Positions 22,061 to 34,600 of a stretch of DNA of 45,659 nucleotides are shown one piece after another. A program made the translations under genes and the position numbers. The notes beneath the pieces were generated by a model. The model searched no databases. It saw nothing but the letters and a program-made list of their open reading frames with translations, and was not told the DNA's origin. The DNA is from Catajapyx aquilonaris (lineage: Eukaryota). Positions within the stretch are counted from its first letter, which is position 1. Each line of letters opens with the position of its first letter. The stretch covers positions 62,001 through 107,659 of the forward strand of contig JYFJ02000810.1 of assembly GCA_000934665.2 (NCBI GenBank), in the 5' to 3' direction.

Positions 22061-24386
22061 TCAAACTGTTGGGTTGCTTTGATTAGCGGCAGTGTTCTTG
22101 GAAAGACTACGACGCCAACAAAGGCACGTGGCCACGGCTGAAGCCAGCTCCATCATGGCCGCGAAGATGAAAGCAGTGGTGTAGCTCTGGGTGGTGTCCA
22201 TGATCCATCCTGTGAATTTCGAGAATTCCGTCAGACATTTCAGTAAACCTTCATTGGATATGTTGAACTTCGTACCTGCGATGGGTGCTCCTATGAGGCT
22301 TCCAAGTCCGCAGGCGAAGAGCAAGAACCCGAAGATGCGGTTCAGGTTCTGGGTTCCGAATGTTTGGGCAGGAACCACCGCGATGCACACGTTCTGGATC
22401 CCATAGGTGAGGCTGAACAGCGTACCCATGATGGCCAGGAGGTACCCGTTGTTGACCAGGGTGAAACCCAGGACACACAGGGTGCAGCCCACCTGTGAGA
22501 GCGTGAAGAGCAGCACGCAGTTGATCTTCTCCGAGTTGCACACGAACCCGGACATTATGCGTCCGACCATGTCTCCAAGTCCCATGGCTGACAGGGCATA
22601 GGTGAAATACTCTCCCAGACCCTGCCAGTTGGCGAAGTCATTGTAGAGTATGTACACCGTGTTGCAGGCCATCACCCATAGGAAGGACGAGGCCATCAGG
22701 GACAGGAAGACAATATCTTTGAACAGCTCTTTGGTCGGGATCTGGTCGCTTCCGGACGGGTTGACCGTTTCCTTGGAGCTGACCTTACTCCTGTGCTTGT
22801 ACTTCTTCAGGAAGTTCTCCACCCTGTGGAAGAACCCTCCCTCCTCAGCTTTCTTGAGAGGCAGTGGTTCGTCATGTTGGATGCTTCCTCCTATCCGCCA
22901 CCGCACCTTACCACCTTCATCCTTCACAGAAGTTGACGAAGAGAACCACCCTCCACTACCTCTCTGCTGATTCTTGGCGCGTCCTTCGCTCAGATTGTTC
23001 ATGGAGTGCGATATGAAACTGGCAGTGGTTCCGCACAGGTACAGACTGGACGTCGACTTGTGCGGTGGCACTGCAGTGGATGGACACAGGTGGTGGTCCG
23101 ACGACACCACTGCAGCTTGCCCCTTTGGTGTGTACTCCCGGAGAGGGTACACCAATGCTCCGAAGACGCAGAAGTGGAGAGCCAGCCCTGCATTGATGAG
23201 GTACGACCCACGCCAGCCATACTCTTCAATGACGATCCGGAGTATGGGTGCGTAGAAGAACAGACCCAAGCCGGTACCGGACAGCAGGAAGGACGTTGCC
23301 AGACTATGCCTGCGACGGAAATAAGTGGCCAGGACCGTGATCCAGCCCGCGTAGTTCAAGCAACACCCTATGGCTGAAACAGATCAAAGCAGCTCATGTC
23401 ACACTGTGCATTCGCCCTTTTTCTGTGTGTGTGTTTGTGTGTGTATGCTGGCTCAGATGATCAAGTAATGAGTTGGAATTTGTTCCCGGGAGTATTAATA
23501 GCTCCGAGGAATTCGCTCATATGCAGACGATCTGTCAACAAGAATGCTGATCGGAATGTTCTGGCCCTTGGGGATGAACCTACTGACGCATTATTTTGGC
23601 CACCTGCAGGAAGTATACAGACGGAGTGTCACTATAACATCTTTCATGGGCTCCCACAGGTTCATTTCGCAATTCTGGAAATACTCCATGTTTTTGTTGG
23701 AAACGGAGGGATATACCATACCTGTAATGACGCCGTGCGTGATCATCAGGACACCCAAGCTCGAAGCCTGCGAGCTTCCGATAAACCCCACAGCCGCAAT
23801 GATACCGGCCATGATGATGGTTCCTCGTCCTCCCAATCTGATAATGGACTCTGTGGCCAACGGACCTGCAATGGTGCTGGTTACGTAAAGGTTTACGACA
23901 TCAATGATCGAACCCAACTGTACCTGCCAACATGAAGAAAGCCGAGTTGAGAGACCCAACCCACGCTGTCTCTCCTCGTGTAGCCTTGAAAGCACCCATC
24001 AGCAACACAAAATACAGGTTGAACGTATAGAAGAGAGCTGTAAGGAAAACAACACAGTTGGCATGTGCACTGGTGTCATACCATTGCATTGTATGGTACG
24101 AACCTGAGACCACAGCCAAGGCCATGATTCCTCCAAGCAGTACCATCCATGCCCATCCACCGTCAACATCAGGATGCGATGTCACCACTGTTGTCTGCGG
24201 AACATCTTCCTTCCGTTTCGTCACAGACACCTCCGGAATGTGAGCCCGGAATTCCATGAGTGCCGACTCTTCAGTGATGCCTTCCAGTGTGGTCTGCTGC
24301 TGGTTGCTTGGTCCCTCACCATTTTCCTCCACTTGTTGGGTCTCCGGAGGAAGAACCTCATCTCCAGACACGTTGCACACTCCCAT
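22061..24386 (-). CDS. Monocarboxylate transporter family (SLC16, MFS) protein, ~595 aa
   Basis: Exons 24386-24104, 24037-23924, 23865-23722, 23373-22276, 22209-22061. SLC16 signatures PDVDGGWAWMV, ETAWVGSL, YFRRRHSLA, YGWRG, a large central loop, GRIMSG and GAPIAGWIMD; ~12 hydrophobic segments. Confidence 0.92.
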
Positions 24387-27300
24387 CTAGAGTCAGCAGT
24401 GAGGTCGCCCGTGTTGACCAAAGCTGACTCCTGCCCCCCTGGTGCTCACCCCTGTAACGGCACAACCGGAGCAACGGACACTTCGAGAACAACTAATCTA
24501 TTTGGGTCGTAGGGTACAATAATTGCAGACCCAGGGGTTTGGCACCGATGTCTGTTGCGACACCAGTCAACGCCCGAACTGCTAAAAAATCGCAATGTTC
24601 CTAAAATGCCATGTTTTCGCCGCCAGAAAGGTCATAGAGGGCATAATCAAACGTCAAAGTCTATCATCAACGCCTACTTTGATGCCTTGTTATGTAATCA
24701 TGAAACTTTATCTGTTCCTCGAAAGGACAGCACACCAGGCAAATAAACTGCGCTGAAAATTTCGCGATTAGTCCATACCGCGCATATTTACCCCATCGCG
24801 AAATCGTACTTGCGCAAAAAAGAAAAAAAACATTCTTGTTTATTAAACGGCACGAATATTGTCTGGCAGATTGGAAGAGCTCATGCTTTCAAATGCAATT
24901 CAGGATAACAGCGACCTTGTCATGACGTTACTCATACCTGCAATCCTTAGTAACATTGAACTTCACACGTATCGTCAAGCGCAATATACTCTGAACAAAG
25001 TCAGAAAGGTCATGTTGTTTTTTTCTCACTTATACGATGTGTTTTAGAGGTGATTTTGAGATATCACGTGAACACAGGCTGGGCAAACAAGTAAAGCATT
25101 AATGATATTTTTTGTTTATGTCGCGTTGAGGATTTACTATCTGGGGGGTGTCACTGACATATCACGCATGTAGCATAAATTAGCGATTTTTTAATATTTT
25201 TGTTCATCTTGAGAGAGTGAGAGGTCATAGAGTTCTCGAATGACGCGCAAGAATTCTAATAAACAACATATATGGTGTGAGTTATCGCATTCATAATTCA
25301 AATATTTGCCAATTTCATATGGCGGTAAATTATCGGATCATCAGATTACTGGATAGAACAACATGACTATGCACATTATTGGGTACACTCGTAAGCAAAA
25401 TGTTGGGGTCATTGTTGCGATGCCAATTGCATATTTTCTTAGTGGAAGCTGGTACATACTGTGCAGTACAAGGTGTGTCATCGAATCCAACACATCCTGC
25501 AATATTTTCACTCAGCATATGAGTCACGCAACACACACGTGTACGCATAATCCGCACTATTCGTAGTACTTAGCAATGTTTAGATGTGCCCGAGAGGAAC
25601 AACCCGCACTCTCAAATCTATTTTTACTGAACCCCGACCTGAGCCAAAAACCGGCCTACGTGTAAGTACCGTACTGTACGTTACAAACTGTGGGCAAGTT
25701 ATCGCTCGACCAGAATGCCAAAATATCGACCTTGACTTGTAAATGACGCAAAGCCACAATCTTCGGATAGGGAGTACGGACAACTAACTCACCGTGACTG
25801 CTCTGTTTGCAAATCTACAGCAGACTGGTGCATGGGACTGTGGGTAAAAAGCTTACCCTTTCACATCAAGATCTGCACACAACGCAATCTAGCTGTAACT
25901 CGTTCCAACTGGAGGTTCCCAAACACGTGCAGAGCTGGGGGTGGTTGTTGGGTGTGGTTGGATGGGGGGTTTTTTTCCCCCCATGATGCTGAACATTGAG
26001 GCAGGCCTATTGCTATAAACCAGCTAATTAACTAGTGTCACGCCATTGCTGATTACAAGATAGTGGACAGCACATTTTTTTTGTGCAATTTTTTGCAGAC
26101 ATGGCGCAACATTTTTTTTAAAAATTAAAAACTAGACAATGGTGAAGGTCGGGTGAGTCATAAATTGATTTTGATGATAGCAAATATGATAGACACCGGT
26201 ATTAGCCAGAAGTCGGCCTCGAGTTATGTATCCTGACATGCGGGCAACCCACAAGGTTGGAAACGCAAACAACTTCTTTTGATACATTTGTAGTAGGTGG
26301 GAACAGCTATCACTTACGTCACAAGCTTGAAAAAATATAGGGAGTGTCCTACGGTAACGCAATGCTGTCTGTCGATAACAAGGGTCAGTTATGCTGGACT
26401 CTTTCCAGTAGGACTGGACGGATATTAATTGATATGATATTGGGTATGAGATAACAGTTCAATAGGGTTTTGTGGTGGAAACTGACCTGGGTTTGGCGTA
26501 GAAGAGCTTCATGCCCTGCCCTCATGGCGGTGGGGCCCAGACAAACACATCGGCTGATTCACGCTGCTATCGATCCACTATGACGAACTACTATATTCGC
26601 AAACAGGTTGGCACCTTTGTAATATGAAAATAAGGGCTGTCCTCTCTAATTATATCAGATAAAAACTACTGCATATGGAATATCATATATTGGCAGTAAA
26701 ATATTTGCAATGTATTGTTTCATATTGAGGTCAATTGATCGCGCAGATACAGTGCGTGCACAAGCAATAAATAGTTACGTCATAATAATAGTTACGTAAT
26801 GTAATCTGGTAGCCCTGAATATATGCCAGGCACCTGTGGATTGTCACCAGTAATGTTGGTTTTAATTGTCGGTATACAGTAGCGCATACGGTTGTCTTTG
26901 TGTGTAGGGTATTTCTGTGGCGTGACACTAGTCAGCAGCACTACATGCAGAGTATCGACGGTGTCCCCGTGTGTTGGCAAGATTGGAAACTAGAAGAGGA
27001 CGAGCCACAATCAAACAGGCCTGTGGATTTTCATTGTTCTTCCTAATATAATGAATAAAGCATAATGTGTACAGTATTAAATTTTATCGAGTTTTCAACC
27101 CTTCCGTAGCTCTTCCCTATGAGTCTGGATAGACGACATCGTGTGCTGCCGGAACATTTGCAACTGAAGAAGAAAAAATTGCGCTTGTCTGGGATCAAAC
27201 GTGGACCTTTACAATTAGCAAGATGCGACACTAACCATTAATTCGCCTACAACCTAGCAGTTGATATCCTCCTCTTGGAAGTTGTACAAGAAGTTCACAT

Positions 27301-28482
27301 GTTCACTGCAGGATTTATCAGTCATGTGTGGGTGTGCCTGCGGTCCATTAACCGTGGGTACTAGGACTTGTGGTTTACTATAACCTTGGGGACATTTTTA
27401 AAATGGTACTGTATTTTAATATAGCAATACAAATAATCTGTGCAAAATCTAACCCCATGTGTATGGGAAGAATAAAATTTTCTTTCTCTTTTTTTAGATG
27501 ACATAACGAGTCTGTTAATCCGGATGTGTCACATACGTATGTACAGTACTGTACTACGAAGAGGAATATCGACGTACTGTGCTTGTCGTAATCACTTTGT
27601 AACCTGTTCAAACGCTCAACAGATGTCGTATGCAACTATGCATTTAGCAAAGAGGCTGTAAATGTTGCCAGGAAATTGAGTGGATAACAACGTGGGATAA
27701 CGTATTCTTATCAATAAATTCAGCCAAAAGAAAGGTGGCCTTGACACTGACAATAATTATAATAATCACATCACCAGAAACATAACTTTGATGCAATTCA
27801 ATACAATTCTTCTATGTATATCCTTATATCCAACCTGCTGATTTTTATTACAGAAACTGTGCCGATGAACACCGGCATGAAAAATGTGTTACAATCTTAG
27901 TACAAAATCATTAACACTTGAACAATTATTTTCGTACTCAATAAGACTTACGTGTCATGCAGCCGGTGCAGGATAAATGACGCGTGACTTACGTGGCAGC
28001 ACTCAATGTAATCCTGAATAATTAGTATCTCTGATAATTATAATTATGGACGCTACTGACCTTGACGAGAACCATCCACAGTGAAGGGCATGATAACCTG
28101 GGATCTACTATTTACATCATATGCGTGACAGATGCGTAGTATAATTATGTATTCACAGCTGGAGAGGAATATGAAGCTGCATCGGGTACATGATCACAAA
28201 ATTATTTAAAAACCGACCAAAATCATTAAAATCACTAGCGTCATTAACACCATGTGATTTCTGCACAGCTGCGCCGTAACGTCTGTAAATGTGCGTAATT
28301 CCATTTCTACCGTACGTTATTCGAAGAACTGGAACTGCAGTGCCATGTGGTCCGCCCTTCCATGCACATATCTTGGGTTGACCTCAAACAAAACCCACAT
28401 CTGAGGTTTTACAAGAGCTGTGAAGCAAACAACTTGTAAAACTCGTTTCTGTATTTATTTAAAGTAGGCCCTATATTAAATC

Positions 28483-28554
<72 letters not shown>
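28483..28554. repeat. (AAT)n microsatellite, ~24 units
   Basis: Pure trinucleotide run read directly. Confidence 0.97.
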
Positions 28555-28556
<2 letters not shown>

Positions 28557-28899
28557 ATTTCCCTGAAATATAATTATAGCAGAATTGTGTGAACTTTTGA
28601 CCTACCCTTTTCTTTCCCACAGTGCAGTGGCCACAGGGAAAAGGTATTTATATCTATAAGGTCACGCACCACTTAAGCGATTGAGGGAAAGGGCAGGCGT
28701 GCATAATTAGCCCCACGCATGCCAACCTATACTGTGGAAATTAGTATAGGCCTGTAGCCAATAAAACAATGCTCAAAAAGTCCTGTATTATGGTCGTTTA
28801 ATAAATACAGCGTATTCAGTGTTTGGACTGGAATAAAAAGTGGCAAATACACATGATCACAGCACACGCTTATAGGGGCAGATCTTTGCACAGTAATAT

Positions 28900-29055
28900 C
28901 AAAGTGGTTGCCAGGTCCTAAAAGCTGTTTCGTTGATTAAAGCTACTTATCAAAATTCCCTACTCACCTCAGTTTGTTAACAAGTAGTAAACCTAATACA
29001 CAAATATGTATTACTTTGAATAACATTTTGGACACGGCAACTGGCAACCACCTTG
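28900..29055. mobile_element. Possible short MITE (156 bp)
   Basis: 15-bp inverted repeat CAAAGTGGTTGCCAG / CTGGCAACCACCTTG (1 mismatch). No clear TSD. Confidence 0.45.
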
Positions 29056-29220
29056 CATCAGTATAGAGCAATCAGCCTTATATTTATTGTACGTATAAAT
29101 TCGCAGTATATGGTCTACTTACTTGTCAGCAACGGCAGTACAGGCATATAAGGCAAAAAAAGCATTGAATATTAAAAACATGGACGCCCTTTTTGGTATA
29201 ATATCACATGTATCACACAT

Positions 29221-29814
29221 TCACTTAGTTTCAACAATAACCTCCGGAGTGTCAGTGTCGGATATAACTTTGGTCAACAATTCGGTTGCGACAGCTTTCA
29301 TTTCGGCTTCAGCTTTTTCGTCATCCTTCTTCTCTTCAGCAGCCTCCTTCTTCTCTTCCTCAGCTTCTTTCTTCTCTTCGGCAGCCTCCTTGGCCGCTTC
29401 CTCCTCCTCTTCCTCGCGTCTCTTCTTCAGGAATGCCTCCATGACCCTGGTCAAATTATTCTTCAGGCAGCAGGTGCATGGTGTGATAATCACGAATAGA
29501 AGTGCTATGAGCACCACAGCAACCAGACCCAGCAGACCAAACACTATCAGCAAATAGCTGCATACGAACCCCAGTACTATCTTGGTACATAGGTTCGGCT
29601 TCGAATCCTCATCTGCATATTCAACTGCAAGAAAATGCGACATGTCACGATGACAACAACCAACAAGAGTGTAATGACCCCCCCAATATTTACCCGAAGT
29701 GTAATGCTCGATCCTTTGCTTAAGGCTCTTGTTCCTTGTCATTTTCTTGGGACCCTTGGTCTCTTCGTTTGGCTTGGGTTCCTCCGTCATTTTGGCCGTT
29801 TCCTCGTCACTCAT
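29221..29814 (-). CDS. Uncharacterised 197-aa membrane protein (long hydrophobic segment, Cys cluster, E/K/A-rich tail)
   Basis: Single-exon ORF with coding-like composition. A ~35-residue hydrophobic stretch ends in PCTCCL and is followed by a charged low-complexity region (EEEEEAAKEAAEEKKEAEEEKK). AATAAA on the - strand downstream (~29083-29088). Confidence 0.75.
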   Translation of the reverse strand: MSDEETAKMTEEPKPNEETKGPKKMTRNKSLKQRIEHYTSGKYWGGHYTLVGCCHRDMSHFLAVEYADEDSKPNLCTKIVLGFVCSYLLIVFGLLGLVAVVLIALLFVIITPCTCCLKNNLTRVMEAFLKKRREEEEEEAAKEAAEEKKEAEEEKKEAAEEKKDDEKAEAEMKAVATELLTKVISDTDTPEVIVETK

Positions 29815-31344
29815 CTTTGTCCAAACAGAGAAGAGAAGAGCAGTATGATGCGGATCCTACACTGCTGCTGTGCTACAGTGAGAGAGAAAAATACTACTGA
29901 CACTCCTTTGGCCTCGGTTCAGCCTTGAGTATTATTAGACACAAGCCCATACCAGCGAAATAAAGCTAAAGTAGAGAACATTCCATTGGAATCTGTACCA
30001 CATTATCGGAGCGATAGTACTTGGGCTACTGCGTCTACAGATAGACACACTTTTGGAGGCGATAATATATTTCATGGGCATGAAATCGCGTGGATGTGAA
30101 TAAATTGATAGGAGCTGTTGCGTCATTAAAATTGATTGTGCTTTACAGTTCTAGTAAGAAAATTTGGTTAAAATTAAAATTGTTCGTAGCTTTGTAAATG
30201 TGACCTACTTGCATATAAATACCGAGTGTGCGTGACAGGGCTATTCAATGCACTATGATGTCACTGCTGATTAGCCAGACTGTAATTATTATAATCGGCT
30301 TACACCAGCATTTTACTCCAATTAAACAATAGTTGGTCAGTGTGTATTGTTTTTTTCACACATAATGTGAAATATCCTTGAAGAAATATCAAACGTCAAC
30401 TGATGATATTGAAGGGCTGCTATGAATATCAAGGTTGTTTCAGCGTAGGGCATAGGCCACAATGTAACCAATTAAGATGTGAGTCATTAAGGAGGAAGTT
30501 TGTCTTTGTATGCGGTCCGAAAGTCTTAACCGCGTGAGGTACCCACCGATAGCAAAATTCCCAAGAATGTTTTCATTCCAGTATGATAAAAACATTCTCA
30601 CAAGAATTCAGAAAATAACGGGATCGCAATGTCGTGAAATCATGACAGTGTAGGTGGCATCGATTGCAAGTTATCAAGTACCGGTAGTGTTATCAATTGC
30701 ACTGTCTGACTAATGCAGTGATTCATGGTTGGTATAAAGCATATTTTGTCAGATTAAAAGTTATAATTACACCTGGTTAAAAATCATGTTGTCAAATATA
30801 TTCTGATTTAATGACTACCACTAATGAGGAGAGTTTGACGTTCTAAAGGACACGCGAATCGATGTTACGCCTGCGGAAACCAAATTGTGGCAAGTCACTT
30901 CCGGCTTCGTATGCAAATAGTTTTACGCCGAAGCGTCATTTCAGATCTATAGGGTGTAAGGTGCATTCCTGGCTCAAGATAATCGTGAACAGATCACTTC
31001 GAAACATATTCAGGAGGTGCATAATATCATATTTGTAACTACTGTGGAATGTCATATCCTTGTTTGCACTGGTGCCCCAGGTACACAATTCACATGATGA
31101 GACACAGATTGTGTCATGATATGATACATAATAATTATATGGCAAACAAATTTTATTAGTAGACTATCATAAGTAAAAGACGTAATTTCAATTGAGATGC
31201 CAATAAAACTAATCATGCCCCTGTTTGCCGTGCTAAGATTGGATACCCACTTCCGGAAGTCCACTTCCGCACGTACGACGCCGTGGCCACAAATTCAAAA
31301 GAAAAATGTTATCAGTCGCAAACGTACCCAACGTAGGGCGGGTC

Positions 31345-31352
31345 TATATAAG
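31345..31352 (+). promoter_or_regulatory. TATA box of the secreted VWA-like gene
   Basis: TATATAAG about 30 bp upstream of a plausible non-coding first exon (donor GTGAGT at 31468, acceptor 31621-31622). Adjacent TGATAAG (GATA) motif and upstream ACTTCCGG (ETS-like) motifs. Confidence 0.55.
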
Positions 31353-31641
31353 TGATAAGTGACGCTCAACCTTCACACACATAAGTGGCCCTCCTCGTAC
31401 CGGGTGTTCACTTCTGTCTCACCTGTCACCTGATTACGTCCTAGAGGGACGTGTCTCCATCAGATCTGTGAGTTTGAGACATTTTTAATATTTTCTCTAC
31501 TTCATTTGTCGCGGTGTCAATATCCGCATTATTTTTTTGACATCCACAATTAATTGCTTAAATATAAGTGGCTGGTAAGTGTCACGTACCATGAAGTTAA
31601 ATAGCCATTTTTATTACTATAGGGTACCTGAAGTCTTCAAT

Positions 31642-34600
31642 ATGGACAGTCGAATCATCACACTGGGTCTTCTTGTGCTCATAGCAACAGGTAGGTCGTT
31701 AATTCTTAAGGTTACGTTTTATCACAGGAGTATGGTTACGTAACATCCACCACAAGAACTGGAGGCTTTTTGAACTAATCAAACATTACTATATGTCTTA
31801 CGTAATGGTTTGTAAAATACTGACAAATACTTTTTTACAAATATATACCAACCGTTTATAACACGAACTATGTCGAAATCGGCTTAGAGTACGCCTTACC
31901 TGATAATCTCTTTATCATTGAAATAGTACCGGTATAGGGCGTAAAAAACGGTTGAAAAAAAGTGAGTGATGTGATACTAGTGTGACAGGATTTCACAACC
32001 TAACTTGTAAGTTGTAATAAATCTTATCAAAGTGGCTCCACAGGTGAAGTACAGCAAAATGCCCTGTTGCCAACCTGTCCTTGGCACTTTGGTCAACTGA
32101 TATTTTTTGACACATTCAAAAAAATTCAAAAATTCGAATCCAAAAACAACAACCTGCGACGCCAAAATTTTTATTCACATCCGAACAAACACGGAACCAA
32201 TTTTTTTCTGGAATCAACCTTCAAAGTCAATGAGGGTGACTCACTGTACTGACAACGCAACCTTTTCCTGCTGATAACTTATCTTCCAATGCCTAACCAA
32301 TTGCACATGAAAGCTACGAAAATTTAATCACGTTTAATACCTTGCACAGGAATCGATGCCATGCCACGTGTAAGAAGACAACAGCCAAACCCACCCCGAG
32401 ATTTGTCAAAACCTCCAGAATTTATCCTGAAATGCTACAATCGAGATCTTTACAATGAGACGAACAGTCTTCCTATGACCATGGAAAACCTGGTAGCGAT
32501 CGTTAGAAAGATTGAAAGGACTTATCTTGGAAAGACTTATGGCGCCCCGGATCTGGCTAGCACTTTGCTTTGGTCGTTAGTACCGCCTATTTGACAATCA
32601 ACGTATGACAATACCGATACTGATCTGAATCCTTGTTTCAGATTCCGGTTTGATGGGATGAAGTACAATCCTAATGCTGATCCTAATACTGGAGGTGCAA
32701 TGTTCGCTCCTGATGGATCACTTTTAGACAATTTGAAAGTTCTGATGCATTTTGTACCCAGTATCTACCACCCTAATTTTGAGGTCCTGTCCTTTGTGGA
32801 AAAGGTACGCTGAGTTTAACTAAAAAGTTACTAATTTCATGTGCTAATCAATTGTTCCTTGACAGTGCTCCTTGCACTTCATGCTGTCTTACAACGTGAA
32901 TAGAACCAAGCTGAATGATTACGAGAGCTGCGACCCTCTGAGACCAGTAAACTTCATGGTTGACCCACAAGAAATTCGTGAAAAGCGTGAGGTGTCAGAA
33001 GAATCCGAAACTATGATGGAGAAGGTTATGGATTTCTTCGAGTAAGTTTGGTGTTTGCTAGTTTTAAATATGAACATACACTCTAACACACTGTGTATGT
33101 TTCAGGCCAATTCTTCCTTCCGGGATGAATCGCCATTCAAAGAGACAGACCGTGGAGATAGACCCGAACGAGAGCAAGTGTCCCAGAGAAAGCGGTATAG
33201 TGTACACCAAGTGGGGAACAGTGGCCGTCGGAAGTGTCTTGTCTGGTATTGTGACTGGAGCCTACAAAGAACCAGTTAGCCTGAGCACAGCAGTTGGAAG
33301 CTGCAACCAGCATGCGGGTCTCCCTACCACTCTTCAAGGAGACAACGGATGGTTGGCTACTCTGGCAGGTTAGTTCAGAACTCAAGCACTTGGGGACGCT
33401 CAAGTAGCATGGCGGATGCATTTGACTAATGGCTAATGCGTACCTCAAAATAACTATGTACTGAACTATAATTGCAATTATTTTGGCAGGACCCCTAGCT
33501 GAATATGCTCTTGAGGATCTAACAGCCAAGAACAAAGGTGGAGTTGGACTAGGAGGCTGGTGGAGAGACTACGATCTGCATAAGGAATATCACCTGAAGA
33601 CACCACTTCCTAGCCACTTGACTGAGTCTGAACTGATTGGCGGAATTGATGGTAAAACAGCAACAATGATGACCAATAATGACAAGCTAATGATTGTACT
33701 TTTGTAGGATGGCTGCTTTACAACAATGCACGCGACTGGAACAGCCACGGGGTCAAACTTTCGCAAGTTCTGGACATGTACTATTCAGAATCGGGTGTGT
33801 TCAATTTGGACAACCTGCGAGCCTGCAACCGTTACAACACTCTGAAAAAGCAGTTTGACTACACTAAATTTAAAGACGAGGTAATATTGCTCTACTTGTT
33901 TTGTGAATACATTTTCTGTAACAAAATTTTTCCCAGGCTCGATTCTTTGGATATGTCCTGTTCTGTAACAGTACGCACACTCCCATTGAAGACCCAAAAA
34001 AGATAGACGGTAATGTTGAGGCTACCGTTCAGGAAACCCGAAACGCAATCGGTACGTAACGCTCACCATCTTGATATAAAAAATATTACATCACGTCTTA
34101 CGATACCCTTATTGGTTTACAGATAAGCTGGCCATCAATGCAAACTGCAGCCATTCTCTCAATGATGACACTAACCCTGTGTACAAACCTAACGTGGACT
34201 TGTACATTCTTCCGGATTTCACAGCGACCGCGCATGACTTCACATACCAACAACAGCTTTATGCGTAAGTCCAAATTGTGCGTATGGCCAACAAAAAATT
34301 AATTTTGGCAAAAATTGCAGATCCCTGGCACAGAATATCGACGTGTCTCCTTTCAACAGTCGTATTGCTGTCGTTGTCAACGGTTCGTTCCTCATAGGTC
34401 TGAACTCTAGTTTCAACGGCGCCGAATTGGCCGAGCGACTCTACTATCTTAACTACACTTCATATGGTATAATACACACCTATATTGTTCACATGCCATA
34501 TGCTAACCTGGCTCTTATTTCAGGTGGAGGATCTAACCTGAACCTGGACGGTAATCTGAAATTCCTGCAGGACTTTCTGCTTAATCAGAAGACTCAAATA

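Noticed and set aside
18805..24386. MCT-SAT-CTL as an operon-like polycistronic unit
   Set aside because: They are same-strand and compact, but poly(A)-like signals follow MCT and SAT, and TATA-like elements precede SAT and CTL.
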